From contig JBGFRX010000016.1 of NCBI GenBank assembly GCA_041694885.1, positions 86-64,085 of the forward strand: 64,000 nt of DNA. Direction: 5' to 3'. This stretch comes from Candidatus Micrarchaeota archaeon. GTDB taxonomy: Archaea; Micrarchaeota; Micrarchaeia; Anstonellales; Bilamarchaeaceae. Each line of letters opens with the position of its first letter. The stretch's first letter is position 1. Under the pieces are notes generated by a model. It was not told the origin of the DNA, did not search any database, and worked only from the letters and a program-made list of their open reading frames with translations. This document shows, one piece after another, positions 56,633 to 64,000 of this stretch. A program made the translations under genes and the position numbers.

Positions 56633-56753
56633 CTGAGCACGTACTCCAGCCGCAAACCATGCATTGCTTGCAACTCTCTGCAAACACGAGTTTTGCCCCG
56701 CATGCCGGGCATATCCCCTTCCTTATCTTCTCCTCGTCGTCCTTGTCTCTCAT
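56633..56753 (-). CDS. Small zinc-ribbon protein (40 aa, CxxC-x12-CxxC)
   Basis: MRDKDDEEKIRKGICPACGAKLVFAESCKQCMVCGWSTCSV; ATG sits 5 nt after the stop of the upstream 104-aa gene; below ORF-track size cutoff. Confidence 0.35.
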
Positions 56754-56758
56754 GAAAA

Positions 56759-57073
56759 TCACTTCTTCCCAAAGAGTCCTTCAGGCACCATCTTAAGCTC
56801 ACCCAGGAAAGAGAACCAGTTCCCTTCGCCCTTGAGCTTTTCCAAGATTTCAGCAGCGTCCTTGAGCAGCATCTTGGAGCCCTTCTTGGAGCCAGAAAAC
56901 AGCCACATCCTAAAAAGCAATTCCGTAATTCCAACTTTCTTGAACCCCTTTTTCTTCCATTTCTCCAGGAATTCCTTTGTTTCTCTTTCCCTGATGAATT
57001 TCGCGTAATCGGTCACTACCTGCTCTATGTGCTCCTCTTCCTCCTCCTTCATCTCCCCATATTTTATTTTCAT
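56759..57073 (-). CDS. Hypothetical protein, 104 aa, acidic N-terminus
   Basis: No motif recognised; TATA-like TTTATATAT about 60 nt upstream. Confidence 0.4.
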   Translation of the reverse strand: MKIKYGEMKEEEEEHIEQVVTDYAKFIRERETKEFLEKWKKKGFKKVGITELLFRMWLFSGSKKGSKMLLKDAAEILEKLKGEGNWFSFLGELKMVPEGLFGKK

Positions 57074-57148
57074 TTTGCCACCATTCGCGCATTTCTGATT
57101 TTTTCACCGTTCGCCTGCACTCCTTTTCCTTAAGAAATATATAAACCT

Positions 57149-57634
57149 TTATTTCTTGTACCCGATTTTCCTAAGGAACTCGCGCCTCGCCTTCCTTTCC
57201 TCCTTATCCTCGATCCCCGCGGGCGTCTCACCATCAATAACCCCAAGAACGCCCCTTCCCCTATTATTCTCCGCGATGATTGCTTGAAGGGGATTCGCGG
57301 TCGCAACAAATATCGTGCACACTTCGCCCACGTTCTTTAGCCGGTTCAGCACATTGATCGGATAGCCGTTTCTCAAAAAAACGATGAACGCGTGCCCGCA
57401 GCCGATTTTCATCGCCTCCTTTTCAGCAGCCTCTCTCAATTCATCGTCATTCCCCTCGCTTCTAACCAGCCGCTTTCCAGACGCCTCGCAGAACGCAAGC
57501 CCGAATTTCAGGGAAGGGGAGCTCTCAACAAGCGTCTCGTACAAGTCCTCTACGCTCTTTATGAAGTGTGTCTGGCCCAAAATCACGTTTGCATCTTTCG
57601 GAATTTCAATCTCCACGGATTTTATTTCGACCAT
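57149..57634 (-). CDS. Conserved archaeal protein, possibly adenosine-specific kinase-like family
   Basis: 161 aa; weak resemblance only (NVILGQTHFIKSVEDLYETL, GCGHAFIVFL). Confidence 0.3.
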   Translation of the reverse strand: MVEIKSVEIEIPKDANVILGQTHFIKSVEDLYETLVESSPSLKFGLAFCEASGKRLVRSEGNDDELREAAEKEAMKIGCGHAFIVFLRNGYPINVLNRLKNVGEVCTIFVATANPLQAIIAENNRGRGVLGVIDGETPAGIEDKEERKARREFLRKIGYKK

Positions 57635-57910
57635 CTAAACCACTAGTGCGTCTTTTTTCACAATTGCTGGCAGATAAGCAATCAGCGCCCAGATTCCAGA
57701 AATGGAGGCGACAATCGCGGTTCCGAGCACCAGATCATCTATAGGATTCGCGCTCGAAAAAAGCTCTCCGTTCCACAAATGGTCCACGAACCCGAAAACT
57801 GTACCTCCTAAAAGCATCAGATTAAAGGAGCGGAGTTCCGGCGAGTCGCAGCGCCTTCTCAGCGCATACACCAGAACCGCGGACACAACGGACAGAATAT
57901 AACAAACCAT
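57635..57910 (-). CDS. Small membrane protein (2-3 TM)
   Basis: 91 aa hydrophobic. Confidence 0.35.
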   Translation of the reverse strand: MVCYILSVVSAVLVYALRRRCDSPELRSFNLMLLGGTVFGFVDHLWNGELFSSANPIDDLVLGTAIVASISGIWALIAYLPAIVKKDALVV

Positions 57911-58071
57911 TTTCCCACCACTAAAATAGGGCGGGAAAACGAATATAAACCCTAAGTTCGCACTGGAAAAGTACGGAATACGAAGGGATAAGGAAAAAAA
58001 CCGAAGAAGTCGGGTTCAGAAGCAAAATCCCAGCAGTCCAGGAAGTGATTGCGAAGACAAAATTTTTCGTC

Positions 58072-58494
58072 TTATAAGTCCAATTCCCTTATTATCCTGC
58101 TGCTTTTCAGCTTCTCCGGCTCCACATGTTCCTTAAGTTTCACTATCTCCACTTCTTCGGGCTTCAAAAACGCATCCTGATCATAGCCGTAAATTATCAC
58201 ATCCGGTTTCACTTTCCGCACCGTCTCATCGCTGTCCTTCCCTCCAAGCACGACTGCATCAACCGGCTTCAAAAAATTGACCATCGCAGCCCTGTATTCC
58301 TGCGAATGCACCGGCTTCCTGCCCTTCTTCATTATGTGCTCGTCGGACGCAACCACGACTACGAGGAAACCGCAGTGCTTTTTCGCCTCGTTCAAAGTAA
58401 AAACATGGCCGTAATGGAGCACATCGAAAACGCCGCCTGCGAGCCCTATCCTAAGGCCCTTTTTCCTTGCTTCCTCGATGTCCAATGCAAACAC
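58072..58494 (-). CDS. Cytidylyltransferase-fold nucleotidyltransferase (archaeal FAD synthase RibL-like)
   Basis: GGVFDVLHYGHV = (T/H)xGH motif, 140 aa. Confidence 0.5.
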   Translation of the reverse strand: MFALDIEEARKKGLRIGLAGGVFDVLHYGHVFTLNEAKKHCGFLVVVVASDEHIMKKGRKPVHSQEYRAAMVNFLKPVDAVVLGGKDSDETVRKVKPDVIIYGYDQDAFLKPEEVEIVKLKEHVEPEKLKSSRIIRELDL

Positions 58495-59508
58495 CTATAC
58501 AAAAGCAGCCATTTCCCTTATTTCGAGAGGAATGAAAATCTTCGCTTTTTTCAGGGAAACAATGTCCTTAGAGCCGGTGAGGAACATGCACACCTTGAGC
58601 TGCTCCTTCCATAAGTTGATTTCACTTTCAAGTTTTCCCTTCCCATATGCGCGCAGGAACGGCTGCGCAGCCCCACCAAGTTCAGCGCCGAGCGCAATTG
58701 CCTTAGCAACGTCTATCCCGCTTCTTACTCCTCCGCTCGCAATCAAAGGCAAAATCCCCTTATCAGCGAGTAGGCCTGCAACAGTGGGAATTCCCCATTC
58801 AGCGAAGCCCGGAACTCCCCCGCCCCTTTCGTATTCTATTGCGCTCCAGGAAGTTCCTCCTGCGCCTGCAACGTCTATATATTTCACTCCCGCTTCCCTG
58901 AGTTTTTTCGCTGCTTCGCTTCCTATTCCCGCACCAGTTTCCTTGGCAATAACAGGAACTGAAAGCTTTTCGCACGTTATCTTTATCGCGTCCAAAATCA
59001 CTGAGAAATCACGATCCCCTTCCAGCTGTATTATCTCCTGCAAAGGATTCAAATGCACGGCAAGCGCGTCCGCATCAACAGAAGAAACAAGTTTCTCTAT
59101 TTTCCCGAACGAATATTTTTTCAGCTGATAAGCCCCTATGTTGGCAATTATCGGAACAGAAGGGGCTACGTCGCGCACAAAATACGTTTTCGCAAGGGCC
59201 AGCTCTTCAAGCATAGCCCTCTGGCTTCCAAGCCCCAGAGCGACTTTTGTTTTTTCCGCAACTTCCGCGAGCGCCCGATTTATTTTTCCTCCTTCGGGAT
59301 AGCCGCCAGTCATCGCCTCAATAATGATGGGCGCATCCAGTTTCCTGTTCAAAAATTCCGTTTTTGTGCTTATACGGTCGAAATCCAGTTCTGGAAGGGC
59401 GTTGTGCACCAATGTTATTTTCCCGAATCCCGCGCTTTTCGCGTACTGCACATCTTTTTTCATCGCTATTGAAACATGGTCTGATTTTCGTTTGCGCGTG
59501 GTTTTCAT
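58495..59508 (-). CDS. fni: Isopentenyl-diphosphate delta-isomerase, type 2 (FMN-dependent)
   Basis: IEAMTGG, AKETGAGI, ASGGVRSG TIM-barrel IDI-2 motifs. Confidence 0.85.
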   Translation of the reverse strand: MKTTRKRKSDHVSIAMKKDVQYAKSAGFGKITLVHNALPELDFDRISTKTEFLNRKLDAPIIIEAMTGGYPEGGKINRALAEVAEKTKVALGLGSQRAMLEELALAKTYFVRDVAPSVPIIANIGAYQLKKYSFGKIEKLVSSVDADALAVHLNPLQEIIQLEGDRDFSVILDAIKITCEKLSVPVIAKETGAGIGSEAAKKLREAGVKYIDVAGAGGTSWSAIEYERGGGVPGFAEWGIPTVAGLLADKGILPLIASGGVRSGIDVAKAIALGAELGGAAQPFLRAYGKGKLESEINLWKEQLKVCMFLTGSKDIVSLKKAKIFIPLEIREMAAFV

Positions 59509-59585
59509 CTTCTTCCCTTATCGTTTGGTTTCTTCATTCGCAAATTGTGTCTGTTTTTCCATTCAGTTGCATCCGCCTGTCAATA

Positions 59586-60410
59586 TTATTTCGTTCCTTC
59601 TTTGGCGAATATTACGCTCGCGTATCCTACAACTGTGGAATAATCGCCGCTTGCCTTCCCTGAATTTGTATACTTAAAGGTTTTCCCTTTTTTAATCCCC
59701 TTCACTTTTGCGTATTCTATCAGAGCAGCTATAGGGCCATGGCCGCACACGCTCCACCCGAATTTCCTGAGTGCATTCCCGAATCCGGATGCGTCCATGT
59801 CCTCTATGTACTCTAGTGCCTTCCTGTCCTTCTTTTCCGCAACATCGGAAGGAAGATAGTGGGAAAAATCCGAGCTCGCAATTACCACATGTTTTTTAGC
59901 GTCTAATGATTTCGCAAGTGCATTCCCCACGTCTTTCGCGCTTTCGTAGTCCTGGCTCATCATACATATGCACACGATTTTCGCATCCGGATTTATTTTC
60001 TGCACGAACGGAACCTGCACTTCGATGGAGTGCTCGTGGAGGTGCGCCCTCTCGTCGAAATCGATGAATTTGGAATTTTTCTGTATCTTCTTCGCAAGTT
60101 CCTTGTCGCATCCCGCAACTCCCATGGGGGTCTCCCAGTCCTCGAGAGAGAGCGAAAGCAGGCTCCCTTCTCCGCTGTGGTTCGGACCCAAAATTACAAC
60201 CGTCTCGGCTTTTTTTAAATTCGCAATCGAAACATAGGTGATAGCCGCGGTTTCGCCGGAATAAATGTAGCCGGCGTGCGGGCAAATGCCCCCGAGCGCA
60301 TTAACAGGTCTGAATTTCGCCCCTGCCTTATTCAAATAATCATTGAGCATTGCATCCAGCCTGCTTTTTTCTCCAGGATAAAAGTAGCCGGCAACTGCTG
60401 CGGTTCGCAT
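59586..60410 (-). CDS. MEMO1 / AmmeMemoRadiSam system protein B family
   Basis: AAVAGYFYPGE, GPNHSGEG, SSDFSHY. Confidence 0.8.
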   Translation of the reverse strand: MRTAAVAGYFYPGEKSRLDAMLNDYLNKAGAKFRPVNALGGICPHAGYIYSGETAAITYVSIANLKKAETVVILGPNHSGEGSLLSLSLEDWETPMGVAGCDKELAKKIQKNSKFIDFDERAHLHEHSIEVQVPFVQKINPDAKIVCICMMSQDYESAKDVGNALAKSLDAKKHVVIASSDFSHYLPSDVAEKKDRKALEYIEDMDASGFGNALRKFGWSVCGHGPIAALIEYAKVKGIKKGKTFKYTNSGKASGDYSTVVGYASVIFAKEGTK

Positions 60411-60532
60411 ACTTGGATGTTGAATGCAAGGTATATAAATTTAATTTTGCGTGTCCAGTTCATAGGCGCTTCCCTTCGTCCTCAAAAGCAAACTTTTTAA
60501 GCATCCGGGGCCAATTGACATCAGTTGATAGC

Positions 60533-60826
60533 ATGGCAAGCGAACTCGAAAAAATAAAGGGCGCGATTGCGAGCCGCAGGAATGAGCTGGAGAGCGCCTA
60601 CTGCGTAAAGGAGATAGGGATATTCGGCTCCTACGCAAGAGGGCAGCAGAAAAAGAAAAGCGACGTGGACGTGCTTGTGGAATTCCGGAAACCAGTGGGG
60701 CTAGAGTTCATCGACCTGCGCGACTATTTAGAGCGCCTGCTTGGAAAGAAGGTGGACCTCGTGACCCCGCGGGCGCTGAAGCCGCGGATGAGGGATCAGG
60801 TAATGCGGGAGGTCGTTGCCGTATGA
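60533..60826 (+). CDS. mntA: Minimal nucleotidyltransferase antitoxin (MntA)
   Basis: GIFGSYARGQQKKKSDVDVLVEF = GS-x9-13-DxD; start at internal ATG 60533. Confidence 0.8.
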   Translation: MASELEKIKGAIASRRNELESAYCVKEIGIFGSYARGQQKKKSDVDVLVEFRKPVGLEFIDLRDYLERLLGKKVDLVTPRALKPRMRDQVMREVVAV

Positions 60827-61167
60827 AGGCGCGTTCCCATGCGCTTTTTCTTGAGGATATGCTGGACGCGATGGCAAAGATAGAGGACTTCATTAATGGA
60901 ATGGATTACTCTTCGTTCGCAAACGACGATAAAACGCTGAGCGCGGTAATCAGGAAATTCGAGATCATAGGCGAAGCGGCAAAGAACATTCCGGCATCGG
61001 TAAAGGAAAAGCACCCGGAAATTCCGTGGAAAAGCATGAGCGGCCTGCGTGACGTAATCATTCACGATTATTTCGGAATAGATGCGGAAATAATATGGAA
61101 CATCGCAAGTAGGAATCTGCCTGAACTCAGGCCGATGATAAAAAAGATTCTCGAGCAAAGCGGTTAA
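60823..61167 (+). CDS. hepT: HepT-like HEPN RNase toxin (DUF86)
   Basis: R-x4-HxY HEPN motif in GLRDVIIHDYF; 4-nt overlap with mntA. Confidence 0.8.
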   Translation: MKARSHALFLEDMLDAMAKIEDFINGMDYSSFANDDKTLSAVIRKFEIIGEAAKNIPASVKEKHPEIPWKSMSGLRDVIIHDYFGIDAEIIWNIASRNLPELRPMIKKILEQSG

Positions 61168-61170
61168 TCA

Positions 61171-62007
61171 TCAGTGTATGTAGTATCCGCTTCCATTCGT
61201 CCTCAAAACGATAGTCCCGTTCAAATCCGTCCTCAAAATCTCTGCTCCCGCGGCTCGCAGCCGTTCCAACGTTTCGTTCGCAGGATGGCCGTAGTTGTTC
61301 TCGCCCACTTCGATAACCGCAAGTTCGGGCGTAACCTTGCCCAAAAATACAGAACTTGTTGCGTACTTGCTCCCGTGGTGCGCCACCTTCAAAACATCTG
61401 CATCGATATTCTCATTCAGCAAATCCGCTTCGCATCTCCCATCGCAGTCCGCGGCCAGAAGGGCAGAAAAGTTTCCGAAATACAGCACAAGGACAATTGA
61501 ATTCTGGTTTGGTTCATCGCTGCCGGTGTTTGCGTGCAGGATTCTCATTTCCGCTTCGCCCAAAAGCAATTCATCATATTTTTTTGCAACGATGAGTTTT
61601 TCATCGTCAATTTCGGCTATGGTTCTGATGTAGGCATGAGTTTCCCTTTTTTGCCCGTCCACGATTACGTTCTTAACAAAAAATTTCCGCAAGATCTCGG
61701 CGCATCCGCCTATGTGATCGGAATCGGTGTGCGTCATAATCAGGTAATCGATTTTGTACACGTCCAATCCGGCAAGATAGGCGCTTATCTCCTTCCCCTT
61801 GTCGCTCCGGCCGCAGTCAATCAGCATGGTGTAATTTCCGTTCCTGAGGAAAATGGAATCGCCCTGGCTTACGTTAAGAAAAAAAATCTCCAGCGTGCTG
61901 TTCACCGTCCGGTTTCCGCTTCCGGGCCTCCAGCTCTCCATCGCGACTATCGCAATGGCCGCAAGCAGAATAAGTATAAGCGCGGCTTTTTTCCTACTCA
62001 TCGTCAT
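61171..62007 (-). CDS. Membrane-anchored metallo-beta-lactamase-fold hydrolase, ComEC/Rec2 C-terminal-domain-like
   Basis: VSQGDSIFLR...MLIDCG, MTHTDSDHIGG (HxHxDH), VAHHGS; start ATG overlaps thpR stop as ATGA (62004-62007). Confidence 0.65.
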   Translation of the reverse strand: MTMSRKKAALILILLAAIAIVAMESWRPGSGNRTVNSTLEIFFLNVSQGDSIFLRNGNYTMLIDCGRSDKGKEISAYLAGLDVYKIDYLIMTHTDSDHIGGCAEILRKFFVKNVIVDGQKRETHAYIRTIAEIDDEKLIVAKKYDELLLGEAEMRILHANTGSDEPNQNSIVLVLYFGNFSALLAADCDGRCEADLLNENIDADVLKVAHHGSKYATSSVFLGKVTPELAVIEVGENNYGHPANETLERLRAAGAEILRTDLNGTIVLRTNGSGYYIH

Positions 62008-62570
62008 TCCTTCAGTTTGTATTCCGCGAGTACGGTGTATCTTGGCCCGCCAGGAGTCAGTTCGCTTTGCATAAGGTAGAATTTCTCCGGCTTGAAATCG
62101 CCGAAACGCCATTCGCGGTATTTTTCCAAAAACGCCTTCAGTTCAACCTTCCTTTTCACCCGCGCAAGCGTGAGATGGCCGGTGAAGGGCTCTGTGGCAA
62201 AATCCGGTGCAAGCGCTTCGTTCACCTTTTGCGCAAGTTCGGCAAACTCCCTGGTTTTGCAGCCGGCCCACACCACGCGCACGTAATTCCCGTTCGGAAA
62301 AGTCCCGACTCCTTTCACAACCGCCTCGAATTCCTTGTGCCTGATCGAGCGCAGCGCATTATCTATCTGCTGGATCTTCTTGGGATTCACCTCGCCAAGG
62401 AATTTGAGCGTGAGGTGCATGTTTTCGGTGTTTACTAAGGCGAGCCCTTCAGAAGGAAGGTTCATCTGCACTCCGTGTACCGCCCTTTTTATCCAGGGCG
62501 GGACATCGATCGCTATAAAGAGACGCATAAGCCGGATTTGGGAAAAGAGGTTTATAACCTGTTCGCGCAA
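62004..62570 (-). CDS. thpR: RNA 2',3'-cyclic phosphodiesterase (ThpR/LigT, 2H family)
   Basis: Two H-x-T-x motifs: HLTLKFLGE and HLTLARV; likely start at 62528. Confidence 0.8.
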   Translation of the reverse strand: MREQVINLFSQIRLMRLFIAIDVPPWIKRAVHGVQMNLPSEGLALVNTENMHLTLKFLGEVNPKKIQQIDNALRSIRHKEFEAVVKGVGTFPNGNYVRVVWAGCKTREFAELAQKVNEALAPDFATEPFTGHLTLARVKRKVELKAFLEKYREWRFGDFKPEKFYLMQSELTPGGPRYTVLAEYKLKE

Positions 62571-62730
62571 GCGTTCTAAGTTTTCCGGCTCCTCAAGCGC
62601 CTTGTTCCAGCAGTTGTGTGCAGCACATTCTTCCCGAAATCTGCTCTGGATAGTAATTTGTGCATATTAAGCATTATTCATGTAAAATGTTTCTATAAAC
62701 ATTTATTAATCGCGTTTCTGAAAACCATTT

Positions 62731-63270
62731 ATGATTATTATCGTAGCCGGCTTCAGGGGAAGCGGAAAATCGGAATTCGGCGCTATTGCAAAGGAAATGG
62801 GTTTCCCGGTTTTCGAGATGAGCGGACCGGTGCTTGCGCTGATTGAGGAGCTCGGGCTCAGGGCAACTAACGAGAGCGTGCGCACCTTCGCCACGGATTT
62901 CAGGGAAAGGGGCGGCTCGGACGCAGTAGCGAAACTCCTTCTTCCACGAATCAAACTCGCGCTCCAGCAGAGCAGAACAGTAGTGGTGATAGGCGCGCGG
63001 AGCGAAGAGGAAACAGCACTATTCCGAGGCGCCGGACAGGTGCTGACCGTGGCGATATTGTCAGAGGAAAAAAAGCGCTTCGGGCGGATAAGGGCAAGGG
63101 AAAAGGAAAGCGATCCGAAAACCATGCGGGATTTCAGATGGGCTGACAAAGTGGAGGCGAAATGGGGACTGAAGGCGCTTTTGGAATCGTGCGAAGTTAA
63201 AATCGCGAACAACAACAGCGGGGAAAAGTTCAGGGAGAAGGTAAGGACCTTGCTGGAAAAATACAGGTAG
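62731..63270 (+). CDS. UPF0200-family P-loop nucleotide kinase (dephospho-CoA-kinase-like)
   Basis: MIIIVAGFRGSGKSE P-loop and overall pattern of archaeal UPF0200 proteins. Confidence 0.5.
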   Translation: MIIIVAGFRGSGKSEFGAIAKEMGFPVFEMSGPVLALIEELGLRATNESVRTFATDFRERGGSDAVAKLLLPRIKLALQQSRTVVVIGARSEEETALFRGAGQVLTVAILSEEKKRFGRIRAREKESDPKTMRDFRWADKVEAKWGLKALLESCEVKIANNNSGEKFREKVRTLLEKYR

Positions 63271-63299
63271 GGTGCGCTGCAACCTGAGTATGGTGCGAT

Positions 63300-64000
63300 A
63301 TGTTCGATTCCCTGAAAATGCTCCACTCGTTCGGCATCCAGGACGGAGAAATTTTCCACTTGAGGCAGGGCACGTTCGTTTACGAATATTCCGGGAATTC
63401 GCTCAAAGTAAAGAACTCTGGAACGGACGAGGGCTTTGGAATAAGGGTACTGAATGACAAAAAAATAGGTTTTTCTTACGCGAATTCGAAATCGAAAGTT
63501 CCGGATGCGGTGAAGAGTGCGCTTTCGATTTCGAAATTCTCCGCTTCCTCTTCATTTTCCTTTGCGCAAAAGCAGAAATATGCGCCTGGGAGCATTTACG
63601 ACAAACGGATCGCTGAAGCGGACGAAAAACAGCTGAAGGAAATCGTGCTGGAAATGGAAGAAGGGATAAAAAAGCATTCCGAGCCGGTGCGAATGGTGCT
63701 CGTTTCCCAGATGAACGAAACTGCCATAGCGAATACGGATCTGCTTTTTGCAAGCGCCAGAGGAACTTCGTTCATGGCATACGCCGAAGCCAAGAACGGA
63801 AACGGAATGGGGATCGCAGAGCATTCGCACTACAAAATCCTGGAAAAACCGTACGAACTGGGAGAAAAAGCAGGGCTGATGGCCAAGGAAATGAGAAGTC
63901 CGAAAAAAATCGCATCGGGAAAATATCCGGTTGTTTTTTCCCACGAAACGCTCTCCTCGCTTTTCGACCTTCTGCTCTATTCGTTTTCAGGCGAATTGAA
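63300..64000 (+). CDS. TldD/PmbA-family metallopeptidase, N-terminal part; gene continues past window end
   Basis: Manual translation MFDSLKMLHSFGIQDGEIFHLRQGTFVYEYSGNSLKVKNSGTDEGFGIRVLNDKKIGFSYANS...; no stop to 64000. Confidence 0.6.
   Translation, partial: MFDSLKMLHSFGIQDGEIFHLRQGTFVYEYSGNSLKVKNSGTDEGFGIRVLNDKKIGFSYANSKSKVPDAVKSALSISKFSASSSFSFAQKQKYAPGSIYDKRIAEADEKQLKEIVLEMEEGIKKHSEPVRMVLVSQMNETAIANTDLLFASARGTSFMAYAEAKNGNGMGIAEHSHYKILEKPYELGEKAGLMAKEMRSPKKIASGKYPVVFSHETLSSLFDLLLYSFSGEL

Noticed and set aside
1-64000. CRISPR arrays, IS elements, integrases, rRNA genes
   Set aside because: No short regularly spaced repeats, no transposase/integrase-like ORFs, no rRNA-like conserved stretches seen anywhere in the window

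Overview
This window reads as archaeal chromosome: about 50% GC, densely coding, no CRISPR array, rRNA or obvious IS element. Assignments rest on conserved motifs, archaeal gene order and manual translation; no database search was run. Main blocks, 5' to 3': (1) a partial SAM-dependent DNA methyltransferase running off the left edge, then glutamate dehydrogenase; (2) the archaeal exosome superoperon (Rrp4, Rrp41, Rrp42, L37ae, a small ORF, Brix, Pcc1, prefoldin beta, DHH phosphoesterase), then purA and an intron-containing tRNA-Ser; (3) SMC, a heavily sequon-rich surface protein, FKBP, the aguB-aguA putrescine route, the DGGGPS-GGGPS ether-lipid pair, pyrE-pyrF, GlyRS and an EndoQ-like PHP nuclease; (4) two secreted proteins divergent from a membrane-anchored wHTH regulator, tandem PurP paralogs, archaeal CTP-dependent riboflavin kinase, and a GAF-GGDEF (HGDEF variant) protein that is unusual for an archaeon; (5) a long plus-strand array of bacterial-type GAPDH, UPP synthase, DUF192, a FlaI/PilB-like ATPase, a FlaJ/PilC-like platform protein, PAP2 phosphatase and a dolichol-kinase-like protein, i.e. 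a pilus-assembly core interleaved with dolichol-phosphate lipid-carrier genes; (6) a compositionally atypical gene for a protein with two sigma-70 region-4-like HTH domains, with palindromes upstream; (7) DtdA, a short ThiF/E1-like protein, AhcY, then a large minus-strand ribosomal cluster (S17 through L15, secY, adk, Ylp1/DUF106 with an insertion, cmk, L14e, L34e) preceded by a 630-bp non-coding block and an intron-containing tRNA-Asn; (8) IDI-2, Memo, a MntA/HepT toxin-antitoxin pair, a ComEC-like MBL hydrolase translationally coupled to ThpR, a UPF0200 kinase and a partial TldD/PmbA at the right edge. The candidates I would look at first are the sigma-r4-like regulator island, the archaeal GGDEF protein, the pilus plus dolichol-cycle array and the duplicated translation-initiation element at the rrp41/rrp42 junction.
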